NCBI RefSeq assembly: GCF_001194135.2
Contig: NC_068985.1
Location: forward strand, 62,800,673-62,862,603
Reading direction: 5' to 3'
Source of the DNA: Octopus bimaculoides
Taxonomy: Eukaryota
Length of the DNA: 61,931 bases
The translations under genes were made by a program, and so were the position numbers. Below, one piece after another: positions 11,281-23,030 of the stretch. The notes beneath the pieces were generated by a model. That model worked only from the letters and a program-made list of their open reading frames with translations. It did not search any database and was not told the origin of the DNA. How positions within the stretch are numbered: position 1 is the first letter of the stretch; the number at the start of each line of letters is the position of its first letter.

Positions 11281-14130
11281 AACATCATCATCATCATCGT
11301 TTAACGTCCGCTTTCCATGCTAGCATGGGTTGGGCGATTTGACTGAGGACTGGTGAACTAGGTGGCTACACCAGGCTCCAATCTGATTTGGCAGAGTTTG
11401 TACAGCTGGATGCCCTTCCTAACGCCAACCTCTCCAAGAGTGTAGTGGGTGCTTTTACGTGCCACTGGCACGAAGGCCAGTCAGGCGGTATTGGCAATGG
11501 CCATGCTTGAAATGGTGTATTTTACATGCCACCTGCACAGGAGCCAGTCCAGCGGTACTGGCAACAATTTCGCTCGAATGTCTTTTCACGTGTCACCGGC
11601 ACAAGTGCCAGGAAGGCGACGTTGGTAACNNNNNNNNNNNNNNNNNNNNNNNNNNNNNNNNNNNNNNNNNNNNNNNNNNNNNNNNNNNNNNNNNNNNNNN
11701 NNNNNNNNNNNNNNNNNNNNNNNNNNNNNNNNNNNCAAGCCGAGTTTAGTGTTCAGTGAAAGAGACATTGGCATGGGTGCCAGTCGTCAAATTTAGTTCG
11801 ATTTCGATTTCACTTGCCTCAACAGGTCTTCACAAGCGGAGTTTAGTGTCCAATGAAGGAATGGTATGCATAAGTGGGCTGGCTACATCCCAGGCAGAGG
11901 CCTTGGATTTTGGTCTCACTTGGCTTGCCGGGTCTTCTCATGCACAGCATATTTCCAAAGGTCTCAGTCACAAGTCATTGCCTCGGTGAAGCCTAATGTT
12001 CGAAGGTCGTGCTTCACCACCTCATCTCAGGTCTTCCTGGACCTGCCTCTTCCACAGGTTCCCTCCACTGCTAGGGTGTGGCACGTTTTCACAGCTATCC
12101 TCATCCATTCTCGCCACATGACCATACCAGCACAATCATCTTGCACACCACAACTGATGCTTCTTAGATTCAACTTTTCTCTGAAGATACTAACACTCTG
12201 TCGGGTATGCACACTTACATTACTCATCCATCGGAGCATACTGGCTTCCTTCCTTGCTAGCTTATGCATGTCCTCAGCAGTCACGGCCCATGTTTCACTG
12301 CCATGTAGCATAGCTGTTTGTACACATGCGTCATACAGTCTGCCTTTTACTCTGAGAGGCCCTTTGACGCCAGCAGAGGTAAGAGCTCTCTGAACTTTGC
12401 CCATCTATTCTTATTCTAGCAGCTACACTTTCAGCGCACCCTCCCCAACTACTAACTTGGTCACCCAGATAGCAGAAGCTATCAACTACACCTAGTTTTT
12501 CTCCCTGGAGTGTGGTAAAGGTTGTTTTCTGCACATTTTCAGTGTTTATTGCTCCTGAACATCTGCCACATACAAAAACTAACTTCCTAGTTAGCCTTCC
12601 TTTGATATTGCTGCACCTCTTATGTGTCCATATCTTACACTGAGTACATCTTATAGAGTTTCTACCTATGCCTTTTCTACTGATCGAGCAGAGCCATCTA
12701 CCTGAAGGGGTTTGTGGTTTGTCTACCTTCCTATTTATTAGGACTTTGGTTTTAGCTATGTTAACTCTAAGGTCCTTTGATTCTAATCCTTGCTTCCACA
12801 CCTGAAACTTCTCCTCTAGTTCTGATAGTGACTCAGCAATTAGAGCAAGGTCATCAGCATAGAGGAGCTCCCAGGGGCATCCTGTCTTGAATTCCTCTGT
12901 TATCGCCTGGAGGACTATGATAAATAGGAGGGGGCTGAGGACTGAATCTTGGTGGACCCCTACCTCTACCCAGAATTCTTCACTGTACTCGTTGCCAACC
13001 CTCACCTTACTGACAGCGTCCCTGTACATAGCTTGCACAGCTCTCACTAACCACTCCTCTTTCCCTACTTTCCTCATTGACCACCAGATAAGGGAGCAGG
13101 GGACCCTGTCAAAGGCTTTCTCCGTGTCAACAAAAGCTAGGTACAGAGGTTTATCCTTAGCTAGGTATTTCTCCTGCAGCTGTCTTACCACAAATATAGC
13201 ATCAGTGATGCTTTTTCCTGGAATGAACCCAAACTGCATCTCTCCCTAATTTGTTGGGTTATGACCCTCTCTGTGACCTTCATTACATGGTCCAACAACT
13301 TGATACCTCTGTAATTGTTTGTGTCTAAAGCATCACGTTTACCCTTGTAGCAGTTGACTATGGTGCTGCTACACCATTCATTGGGTATGACTCCTTCGTG
13401 TATCACCTGATTGACTATATGGGTCATTAGGCTATAGCTGACACTGCCAGATATTTTGAGCATCTCTGCAGTGATTCCTTATGGGTAAGGGGGCTTTCCC
13501 TGTCTTCATACTCTTAATTGTTTTATCTACCAAGGTACTGTCAATTCGGAGAGCTGGTCTCTGTGTTGGGTCAACATGTGGCAGACTCTCTTTCTCCCAT
13601 TCATTCTCTTTATTAAGCAGCCTTTCATAGTGGCGTCTCCAGACCTTTCTCTTTGCAGCCTCGTTTAGTGCAAGTGAGCCATCATTCATGCGGACACATT
13701 TCTCACCTACGACATCACAATTCTCTCTCACACACTGTCTTGCAACACAAAATACTTCAAGTCTTTGGTCCTCACAGCGCAGAACATTGGCAAATTTTTT
13801 CTTATCTGCTTCTCCTCTGGCTAAGTAAACCTGTCTCCTAGCTTCCCTTCTGGCAGTCTGCTACCTCAGTCTTCTAGTCCTTCCAAGCCTGTTTCTTTTG
13901 TCTAATAGCCCTGTCAACCACATTGTTCCACCACCACGTTACACCAGCCACAGATCTGGTCGGTGACTCTCAGCAGGTTGTCCCGTAGAAACCTCCAATT
14001 GTATGATGCTATATCCCCTTCTAATTCGTCAAATGCTTCGAGTAATATCTCTCTAAATCTCTGTCCATTTGCAGGATCTTTAAGCTTCCAAACCCTTCTC
14101 CAAGCCAGTCTACTTCTGGGCATCCATACT
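11281..14130 (-). mobile_element. 5'-truncated RTE LINE with long 3' UTR and (GAT)n tail, spanning an N-gap
   Basis: ORFs 13432-13731, 13185-13463, 12331-13239 (QFGF, DTEKAFD, GVHQDSVLSP, YADD) and 12027-12404; tail catcatcatc at 11283. Confidence 0.95.
11630..11735. other. Assembly gap
   Basis: Run of N. Confidence 1.
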
Positions 14131-14259
14131 CTCAATAAATGTATATTCTTTCAAAACCAGTTTTCCCACTGACTGTTGCCAACACTTATCTGCACATATT
14201 CTGTTAGAATAAATTGGATCTGCACAGACGCCAACAAATGTCGGCTATTTTTGTGATTG

Positions 14260-14945
14260 GGCAACATTTTTACTGTCACAAAATATTAGGCAAGTATAAT
14301 AAAAATGATAATTGTCGGAACAAACATTTAATTCCACAGGTCTTACAGCTCCTAATGTTTGATGTATGATCCTTCACATGGAATAACCTTCCTTATGCAC
14401 TGATTCATTGACTTTGTCAAGGTAATGATATCCTCTTGTCATGCTTTGAACAGCATCTACAATAGCCTCCCAGAGGGCAACTTTACTTGATAACTGCCAT
14501 CCATCCTGGTAAATGCACCTCTTCAGGACACTCCACAAGTTCTTGATCAGGTTTAAGTCAAGAGAACAAGGTGGCCATTCCATCAAATGACCTCCAGAGA
14601 AGCCTATTGGCTGCATCTATTCCTTAGAATTCTTCACTGCATGAGATAAGGCATTTTCTTGCATGAAAACCAGCTTTCTCTTGAATGAAAGATTTTGCTT
14701 TTTGAACCACAGTTGGAAATTGTCCTTTAAGAAAATATCATAAGTTTTTGATGTCATCTTAATACCATCTGGGACCTACCGTGGCCTAACCATCATACCA
14801 CCAACAATGTCAGCCCAAAACATAACCCCACGTCTTCCCTGCTGGTATCTCAAACTGAGGATGACACCCTCTGATTGATACCCAACCATTACTCCAGCTG
14901 TCTCATCCATCAAGATTAGCACAGCATTCGTCAGTGAACAGAACT
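14260..14945 (-). mobile_element. Tc1-like transposase remnant, DD37E spacing (TRT-like)
   Basis: VLFTDEC..LDG.DSW; FMQENALSHAVKNSKE*MQPIGFSGGHLMEWPPCSLDLNLIKNLW has 37 residues between the positions of the second D and the E (both mutated). Confidence 0.7.
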
Positions 14946-14984
14946 GTTGATAAATCTATCTTCGTATATTCTTCTGCTCATTTC

Positions 14985-15950
14985 ACACAGACACACACAC
15001 CCATATATACGCGCACACATAAACGCACACACCTACACACAACCACATACATATACACACACACACACAGAAGTGCATACACGCACACATACTTGACACA
15101 TCTCTACGCTCACACATACGCACACATGCACAACACACTCTCACAGACACGCATACAATTACACACATGGGCATAAATAACACACGCACATGCATGCATG
15201 TATGTAAGCAAACGCACGTACACACACAGGAATGCACATATACACAACATACACACACACAAAAATATACACATACACACGCGTGCGCACACAAAGATAT
15301 ACGCGAACACACACACATACAGACATACACACTCACAATCTCACACACGCACACATACACACACACGTGCATAGGTGCGAAAAAACGCACATATACCTCC
15401 ACACACAACCCCCCGTCTACACACAAAATACACATACACACATGTACAAATGAACTCACATACACATATGCAAATGAACCCACACATAACTCCTTCACAC
15501 ACACAACACACACTCACACCCAAGTATACATACATGGACACACACGCAAATGAACCCACACATAACTCCCATACACACAACAAACACTAACACATACATG
15601 CACCTAAGTATACATGCATGAACTTATGCACATACATGCACACACACACACATATATATACACATACACGCACACACTGCAAGAAAAACACTCACACAAC
15701 ATACACATACACACACACACTTAAAAACTGCTTGCTTACTTTCTAATGACCATCGTCCACGCACATGAAAAAAGGTGACACACAGACAACCACTCCCAAA
15801 TAATTCCTTCTACAACATTAAGCGACACACACACACACACTAACATATAAACAGCCAAACCACACACACATGCATACGCACATACACGTGCTGTTATTAC
15901 ACACATACACACTGACCCGCGCGCACGCACACATACAAACCTCCCTCTCT
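14985..15950. repeat. ~1 kb degenerate (CA)n/(CATA)n low-complexity array
   Basis: Direct reading; includes a repeated unit gcaaatgaacccacacataactcc at ~15469 and ~15546. Confidence 0.95.
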
Positions 15951-16078
15951 TGCACTCTCCTGTCTTAGAAAGAACTTTTTCTTCACCCATTCCCTTCTGG
16001 TTATTCCACAATGTAACCTCGTGTATATCGTTGGCGATTTTTTTCTTCCTCCATCTTCCCTTCTTTGGACTTTCCAAT

Positions 16079-16113
16079 ATTTCCGACGAAGGGCTTCGCT
16101 TGAAACGTCAAAT
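16079..16113 (+). ncRNA. Minimal type I hammerhead ribozyme motif, U4>C variant
   Basis: attt-CCGACGA-agggcttcgctt-GAAA-C-GTC-aaat; 4-bp helix I, ACGT palindromic helix III, GUC site. Confidence 0.55.
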
Positions 16114-16244
16114 TCTCTTTCTTTCCTTTCCTGAGCGTCCAGTAACACAATATCTGTATCACGTCCTCGCATTGTTGTTTTTTTGTCGTTTTTCTTGTTT
16201 GAACTCACTATATACCTATGTGTATGTATATATATATATAAGGT

Positions 16245-16460
16245 GAAGTATATTGCCACTTAAGTGTGGCTGACCCCTAGGGGTGGATGTTACTGTTGCT
16301 TTTAGCCCCAGGAGGACATCTCCTCCAGCTGGCTTATCGACACACAACTGTGTCCTGTTTGTTTTGCCAAGGGAAGTTATCCTCTCATCGTGATCTGTAG
16401 CACGAACGGACCCGGGTTTCAGAGTTATTTCCCTTCGTCAGCGTCCGATAGCCACCGATC
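16245..16460 (-). mobile_element. Short hammerhead-bearing element ending in (TA)n (PLE-terminus or retrozyme-like)
   Basis: Homologous to 19575-19745 and to the arms at 31726-31900 (tactg(t/c)tgct(a)tttagccc motif); 3' end abuts (TA)n at ~16225-16240. Confidence 0.65.
16404..16446 (-). ncRNA. Minimal type I hammerhead ribozyme with intact core
   Basis: Minus strand: ggacg-CTGACGA-aggg(aaataa)ctct-GAAA-cccggg-TC-cgttc; all core nucleotides present, helices I and II pair, helix III is the palindrome ACCCGGGT, GUC cleavage site. Confidence 0.85.
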
Positions 16461-16724
16461 CTCGATGAGATAGATAAATTCTTGGCAACCTTATGTATAT
16501 TTTTCCAGTGAAATTCTTCACTGATATCGAAAAAGTGAAAACAAGCAATGTTAATTCTCTACATGAAGTATTAACAGTAACTGCACGATAAAGTTTCCTT
16601 CAAACTTCCTACATGCTTGAAATGTACATACATCAAGATACATTTGTACAAAATTTCATGAAAAAATATTCATTTTCCTGGAAGTTAAGTGGAATTTACG
16701 AATATTGTACCCCACCCCCTTCCA

Positions 16725-16943
16725 NNNNNNNNNNNNNNNNNNNNNNNNNNNNNNNNNNNNNNNNNNNNNNNNNNNNNNNNNNNNNNNNNNNNNNNNNNNN
16801 NNNNNNNNNNNNNNNNNNNNNNNNNNNNNNNNNNNNNNNNNNNNNNNNNNNNNNNNNNNNNNNNNNNNNNNNNNNNNNNNNNNNNNNNNNNNNNNNNNNN
16901 NNNNNNNNNNNNNNNNNNNNNNNNNNNNNNNNNNNNNNNNNNN
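16725..16943. other. Assembly gap
   Basis: Run of N. Confidence 1.
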
Positions 16944-17099
16944 TCACACAAAGTAAACGGAATTTAAAAAATCTAATTACTGCACTGGAAAGTTCAGATC
17001 GAGAAAATTCCATTGATGTAAAAAAATTTTACGAAAAAGTGGAAAATGTGGATTTCTATAAACATTCAAAAAGGCTTCACACAAACACACAATTTCAGA

Positions 17100-17110
17100 T
17101 TTATATATTA

Positions 17111-17153
<43 letters not shown>

Positions 17154-17248
17154 CACACACACATACACATATATATATATATACATATATATACATACAT
17201 ACACACATATATATATATATACATACATACATACACACAAACACACTC

Positions 17249-17280
<32 letters not shown>

Positions 17281-17345
17281 ATACATAGACATACATACAT
17301 CCATATATACATATATATATAAAACCCACTTCAAGATCAACATAT
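17100..17345. repeat. (TA)n/(CATA)n microsatellite
   Basis: Direct reading. Confidence 0.95.
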
Positions 17346-17826
17346 ATGATATGTAAACTTGATATCAAAGGATAATTATTTTAAAAATTATATAATTTAA
17401 TAATACTACAATATAGATGAATTTAAGGTATCCTTTATAGGTAATCAAATGAATTTGAAGCAAATTACACGTTATAACATAGCTAAATAGTATATGGGAT
17501 TGTTAATAGGGGCATCTAAACTACTTAGTCTATGCCATTAAACCTGTGAAAACATTGTAACCACTAAATTATTATATTGCATCGAAATGTTCATAGGTCA
17601 TTTTCATTATTATTATTATAATAAAGTATTTTCAATGGATCAGTTTTGAGCTCTCTTTAAAGTCGATATATATATATATATACAAAAACTCAATTGTGAG
17701 TATTTTGCTAAGTTTGTTAACAGATACTATATTCTTTTGCCTAATTTTTAGTATAAAAAAATATATATAAACACATACATTTACAGTTCTACTTTACGGT
17801 AGATACTGCTACTTATCTGTAACATT

Positions 17827-19434
17827 ATGGAGCTATTAAAAATTAATGCATCCTTGAAAGATATTCCAATACCACCCAGGAACCTATATATAAAGCAATT
17901 AATTGGAAAAACGCATTCATTCATCAACAGAATAAGGTGGAAAGCTCATTTTTTTGATAAAGCAGAGCAAGCAATCACAACCACGGATGATAATTCACAG
18001 TATAACAGACTTTTTAGATCATGGAATAATCCACCATACACTCCTAGGTTGGATAAATTTGAAGAAGAACTTTGGGCAGTAGTAAAGAACATTAAAATGA
18101 AGAAACATATTAGGAGGAACCTTCATTTGGAGTACCTAAGTAAAATTTCCTGGGAAATTAGCAGTTTAAACAGCATATTAGTTAAATCGGACAAAACAGG
18201 TAATATGTACAAACTACAGAAGCAATATTATTTTGAACTTCTTAAAAAAGAAATTGAGAAGAACTATAAAACAACAAATAAGAACATACTAAGAAATTCA
18301 AATATGGAAACTAAAAAATTAATGAAGAACTTCAACCTTTTGAATAGGACTGAGCCTCTAGTGCCAAAGGAACCGCGGTTCATCTTAAAAGACCATAAGA
18401 ATAATTTTTGGACTGATCCTTCCTTAAGGCTTATTTTCCCGGCTAAATCGGATATAGGGAAACTTAGTAAAAATATATTAGATAAGTATATCCCTATAAT
18501 AGTTAGTAAACTTAAACTGCAACTGTGGTCCAATTCTAAGCAAGTGGTAGATTGGTTTAAATGTATTAAGGATAAGGATAATGTGAAATTTATACAATTT
18601 GATATAGCTAATTTCTATCCCTCTATTAATCCTTCTGTATTTAATAAGGCGTTGCGGCTTATACACAATAAAGCAGGGCTTACTAGAGATGAGATTAATG
18701 TTGTTCTAGCCGCTAGAAGATCCTTTATTAAATTTAATAACAAGATTTGGATTCGTAAGGATACCCTTGATGCATTTGATGTACTTATGGGTAGTTCTGA
18801 TTCAGCACAGATTGCTGATGTAGTATGTTCCTTCATACTTAATGAAATGGCTGATCAATTCCCTAATATTAGAGGGGGTCTATATAGGGATGATTGTCTC
18901 CTATATCTCAGAAATAGTTCGAAGCAACAGGTACAAAGAGTGAAAAATAGATTAGCTAGATTTTTTCGTAGAATTGGAACGCATATAATTTTTGAAGATA
19001 ACACATCTTTAGCTAATTTTTTAGATGTTACACTTGATCTACACAATAAATCTTATAGGCCGTATCATAAACTGTCAACAAACCTTAGATACATTAGTAA
19101 ATTTAGCAATCATCCCAAAGCAATAACAGATAATTTAGTTCATAATATATCATTAAGATTGTCTAACCTTTCGGCAAATAATCTGGTTTTTGAGGATGAG
19201 GCAAAGTTTTATAACTCTGCCTTGTCTAAAGCAGGGTATAAAGATAAGGTGTATTACATTAATCCAGATTCTGTTTCCTCTAAGGCAGATGTTAATTGTA
19301 GCAAGGTTAATTATAAAACTAATACTAATAATAATAATGTTAACTTAGTTAGAAGGATCAAACGTGGACCACAATGCCACGGTCGTCTATCTAGCACTAA
19401 TAATGGTAAACTAATCACTTTTGTAAACATCTAA
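17827..19434 (+). CDS. Intact Naiad-type PLE reverse transcriptase ORF (535 aa) without GIY-YIG endonuclease
   Basis: SLKDIPIP..FINRIRWKAHFF N-terminus; FDIANFYPSI, MGSSDSAQ, GLYRDDCL, NFLDVTLDL, SNHP, LRLSNLS; no IIWFNPP, CNC or GIY-YIG before TAA. Confidence 0.9.
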   Translation: MELLKINASLKDIPIPPRNLYIKQLIGKTHSFINRIRWKAHFFDKAEQAITTTDDNSQYNRLFRSWNNPPYTPRLDKFEEELWAVVKNIKMKKHIRRNLHLEYLSKISWEISSLNSILVKSDKTGNMYKLQKQYYFELLKKEIEKNYKTTNKNILRNSNMETKKLMKNFNLLNRTEPLVPKEPRFILKDHKNNFWTDPSLRLIFPAKSDIGKLSKNILDKYIPIIVSKLKLQLWSNSKQVVDWFKCIKDKDNVKFIQFDIANFYPSINPSVFNKALRLIHNKAGLTRDEINVVLAARRSFIKFNNKIWIRKDTLDAFDVLMGSSDSAQIADVVCSFILNEMADQFPNIRGGLYRDDCLLYLRNSSKQQVQRVKNRLARFFRRIGTHIIFEDNTSLANFLDVTLDLHNKSYRPYHKLSTNLRYISKFSNHPKAITDNLVHNISLRLSNLSANNLVFEDEAKFYNSALSKAGYKDKVYYINPDSVSSKADVNCSKVNYKTNTNNNNVNLVRRIKRGPQCHGRLSSTNNGKLITFVNI

Positions 19435-19574
19435 TTATTAAAGTGGAAAAATAAGCAGAAATGTCATTGAACAAGCAAAGTAGTTAGTTCTAAAATCTCT
19501 ACAAGAGATGCAAGTAGTAACTCTACTGAAAAGTAATGTTTGTTGTCACTTCAACATAGCTGTTTTGTATGGAA

Positions 19575-19745
19575 TGATGTTATCACTATTCTTTAACTCC
19601 AGGAGAACATCTCCAGCTGGTTAACAACACAACCTGTATCCAATACATTGCAAGCAGGGGAGTGAACCTCTACCATCTTCTAGTGATTTGACAGGACCAG
19701 CTGGGTTTCGGGTTATTTTATGCCCATCCTCCGTGCTGGACACCT
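19575..19745 (-). mobile_element. Diverged copy of the hammerhead-bearing short element
   Basis: Similar to 16300-16440; minus strand cggagga-tggg..accc-GAAA-cccagctgg-TC is a degenerate hammerhead at 19691-19738. Confidence 0.55.
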
Positions 19746-19874
19746 GTCCACTAGAGATGGCAGTCATTTGCTCCAACTCGTAATATATAGAAAAATAGAT
19801 TTTAGAACTAGCTACTTTGCTTGTTGCAAGGTCAGCAGCTGAATGTCACTGATTTTTCTATATTATTGCCATAG

Positions 19875-20055
19875 TTTTTTAGCCATAGTTTTTCTCTAAT
19901 CTTTGATAGAGTTGTTTTCCTAAGTATCCCATTATGGGGTTCACATAAACAGGAGCAAATCTCATTCCCATCACTGTGCCTCTAACTTGGATATAATTCT
20001 TTCCATTAAAAAGGTATGTGTTATTTTCAAGTTTGGCTGTGTCTAATATAAATGC
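19875..20055 (-). mobile_element. PLE RT fragment
   Basis: ENNTYLFNGKNYIQVRGTVMGMRFAPVYVN resembles the PLE RT B motif (NNYF.FNG..Y.Q..GTAMG...AP.YAN). Confidence 0.75.
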
Positions 20056-20057
20056 CC

Positions 20058-20290
20058 CCAAGGTCGACTTTGCCTTTCATCCTTTCAGCCTTGGTAAAAT
20101 AAGTAGCAGTTGATCCAAGTAATTGACTGGCCCCCGCCCAGAAATTGTTGGCATTTCTGCCAAAATTTGAAACCAATATTACTGTTATTACTACTGCCAT
20201 CATTATAATTATTGTAATTGTTATTATTATTACCAATATTATTATCACTACCATTATAACTATTATTATTAGTTTTGGTAATATTATTAT
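20058..20290 (+). mobile_element. SINE (Meta-like domain) with expanded (ATT)n tail
   Basis: aaggtcgactttgcctttcatcctttc..aaaataagtagcag..aaatttgaaacc followed by (ATT)n. Confidence 0.75.
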
Positions 20291-21625
20291 TATTATTATT
20301 CAACATTTGGTAGTTTCAGGCAAATTTCTACTGCACCAACTGCTACAACTCCATGTTGTGCAACATTGTGAGTTTTTTTGGGGGTTTTTTTTTTGCTGTT
20401 TGGGGAGTGCAAAGTCTTCCTGGTATTGTATTGTGTCAGTTTGCTTTGTTATGGGGTTTGGTGTAGTCTTTTGTTGCATTAATGTTTGTATTGTGTGTTG
20501 GGTGTGCAATGCAATTTGTATTCTGTTGGTGGTTGTTTATTTTATTGAATATTTGCTATATAGAGTGTGTCTTGTGTTTGTGGATTGTTTTTGTTTGGGT
20601 TGTATTATTGAATTGATAGTGTCTTGTGTAGGATATGGGATGTTTCTAGCAGGGCTATTTTTTTGGATAGCGTTGAAGGTCCAGGTATATCTTTTACATT
20701 TCTGTTCATATGATTTTTTATTATACCCAATGCTCCAATTATTACTGGTATTGTTTTCACTTTGATGCCTCACATCTTGAATACTTCAATTTTGAGGTCT
20801 TTGTGCTGTGACAATTTCTCTACTTCTTTTTAGGGTAATACTTTGGTCAGTAGAGGCTGCAATGTCTATCAGTAAGCAGGTGTTTTCTTCCAATCCTTGA
20901 TTATTAATGTCTGAGCGATTATCTTTTATTTCTTTGTCAGTTTGAACAGGCATGTCCCAAATAATTGTGGCCTGATTGTTGTTATGTACCTTGTTTGGCA
21001 CATATTTATACCGTTTTCTTGTCAGTTTTATGTTGTAGTGTTGGCATATTGTCTAATGGATATAACTGCTTCCTCGGTCATGTCTGTGGCTGTCCAGTCC
21101 TTACCAAATCTAAATATATATACAGATGATGTGGTCAACAGTCTCATTGTGCTGGTTACACATTCTGCATTTGGTGTTAGGGCCTGTTTTCATTATTTTG
21201 CTGTTATAGTTGTTTGTGGTCCTGCATTGATCTTGTGCAGTAAGAATCAATCCTTCTCTTTCAGCTTTTAGTCCAGAGCTTTTGAGCCATTGTTGGCTTT
21301 TACTTAGGCTCATTTCTTCTCTGTCAAACTTTGCAGGGTATTGGCCATGGAGTGATTTTTTTCTCTCCTTTTCTTCAGTATGTTTTGTAGTTCTGTTTTC
21401 ATGTTGTTTTTTGTCTCTTTGACCATTTCTGCTATGTTGTCATCTGAGATCAGTGTATCAATGCAGTTTGTTTCTGTTTTGTATTTTGTCTCCTCTTTGT
21501 GTATAGAGAAATACGTTTTCTTTTTCTTGTGTTGTTTTATTACACGGAGTAGTCTACCACTTCTTGTTTCTAAGTACTTTTCTAGTTCAACTGTTGTTAT
21601 TTTATAGTAGTTCTCTATTATTATT
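20290..21625 (-). mobile_element. R4/Dong-like (RLE) non-LTR retrotransposon 3' part
   Basis: LKSSGLKAE.EGLILTAQDQ, CRMCNQHNETVDHII, IIWDMPVQTDKEI..NRSDI, LLIDIA, IPVIIGALG, IQKIALL. Confidence 0.85.
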
Positions 21626-21635
21626 AAGACCACCG

Positions 21636-21833
21636 GACTGGCCCTCGTGCTGGTGGCACGTAAAAAGCACCCACTACACTCTCAGAGTGGTTGGCATTAG
21701 GAAGGGCATCCAGCTGTAGAAAGTCTGCCAGATCAGATTGGAGTCTGGTGTAGCCATCTGGTTCGCCAGTCCCCAGTCAAATCGTCCAACCCATGTTAGC
21801 ATGGAAAGTGGACGTTAAATGATGATGATGATG
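21636..21833 (+). mobile_element. Young RTE-tail SINE
   Basis: Very similar to 61362-61512 and to the reverse complement of 11283-11460; (GAT)n tail. Confidence 0.9.
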
Positions 21834-21835
21834 TC

Positions 21836-22875
21836 ACACAGTATCCAATATCGTGATGTTGTTGGTTGAAGATATTATGTCTACTGGGGGTTTGTACTGT
21901 CCATCAAGTCACAACAAGGACCTCAGACAGACAATACTTTACACAATATGCATGCAATTCCAAGTAATGCTGATTTTTGCAATACCCTTAGATTGTTGGC
22001 TATTTCTAAAGTTTCCAGATGTCTCTTTAACTCCAATGAAAACAGGGACAATCTTTATATTTGACTCTCATAGCTGCTATATCTTGGCGATCTCAATTCT
22101 CAGACTCCATATATATCAATCTTTTCTCCTTCTTTCATGATAATATGTTGATCTCCTGACATTGCCATGTCAATTATTAGCCACTCTTGTTTCTCCTTCC
22201 TAAAGGAAGTTACTATTTGGCCTTTGGTGCTCTAACACCTTGTCTTTCTGGAAGTCAAAGTCCCAGAGGATATTTGCTTTCCCCTTTTTGTCCATTACCT
22301 TTTATGGTATATGTTGGTACCAAGCACCCATTACCTTGTATCCATAATTCCAGCATAGTAGCCAGTGAAGGTTTTGGGCTACCTTGAGTCTGCGCTTGTA
22401 CACTTTCTGTGCAAGACTTTCACAAGCACTAACAATGTGAGTCACGCTTTTGACCCTCTTTCCACACATTCTGCAGAAGTTTATTGCACTTCATCTTCTT
22501 CATCATTTAATGTCCACCTTCCATGCTGGCATGGTGCACTTGTGTAGTAAATATCTCTTTTCACTGAGTTGGTATTCAATGCCTGATCCTGGGCAGTGAT
22601 GATTAGGCTTTCAGTCTTCTTTTTTAGGTCACCCTTGCTGAGCCACCTCAATGATGCTTCCTGGTCTTGTAATTTGTTAGTTTCACAGTGGAACCAATCA
22701 TGTAATTCTGTGCAGAGTAGAGTTTCTTCTCTCATGTTGGCTATTTGTGATTGGAATTCATTAGCACTCTCATGTCCATTTTTGGTAAATTCTTCTGCAT
22801 TAGCAACATACTGTAGCAGGTCACGTTTGCTATTTACCAAATATTCTGCCAGGTTTCCTATTATTATTATTATTC
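21836..22875 (-). mobile_element. Second R4/Dong-like remnant
   Basis: LRWLSKGDLKKKTESLIITAQDQALNTN, LQKSALLGIACIL; bounded by (TTA)n at ~22860. Confidence 0.75.
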
Positions 22876-23030
22876 AGTAGTTTCATTTTTATCACATGCT
22901 TTTACTGCACAACTGAGCAGAACTTTGTGTGCTTTGGGTTTGTTTTGGTCTTATTATTTTTACTGTATTGAAAGTGCTTTGTGTTGGACGTGTGCAGTGC
23001 CTAGCAGTGCCATTTTCTGTATGTTATATA

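Noticed and set aside
14934-15590. Long H/T- and C/V-rich ORFs on both strands
   Set aside because: Translations of degenerate (CA)n/(TG)n repeats. The same applies to ORFs at 7573-7919, 16977-17368, 31476-31741 and 36173-36414.
16613-17356. 247-aa ORF
   Set aside because: Kept open only by the N-gap and (TA)n microsatellite.
20145-20773. Hydrophobic 206-aa ORF and overlapping ORFs
   Set aside because: Derived from the (ATT)n tract and the antisense strand of an R4-like LINE 3' end.
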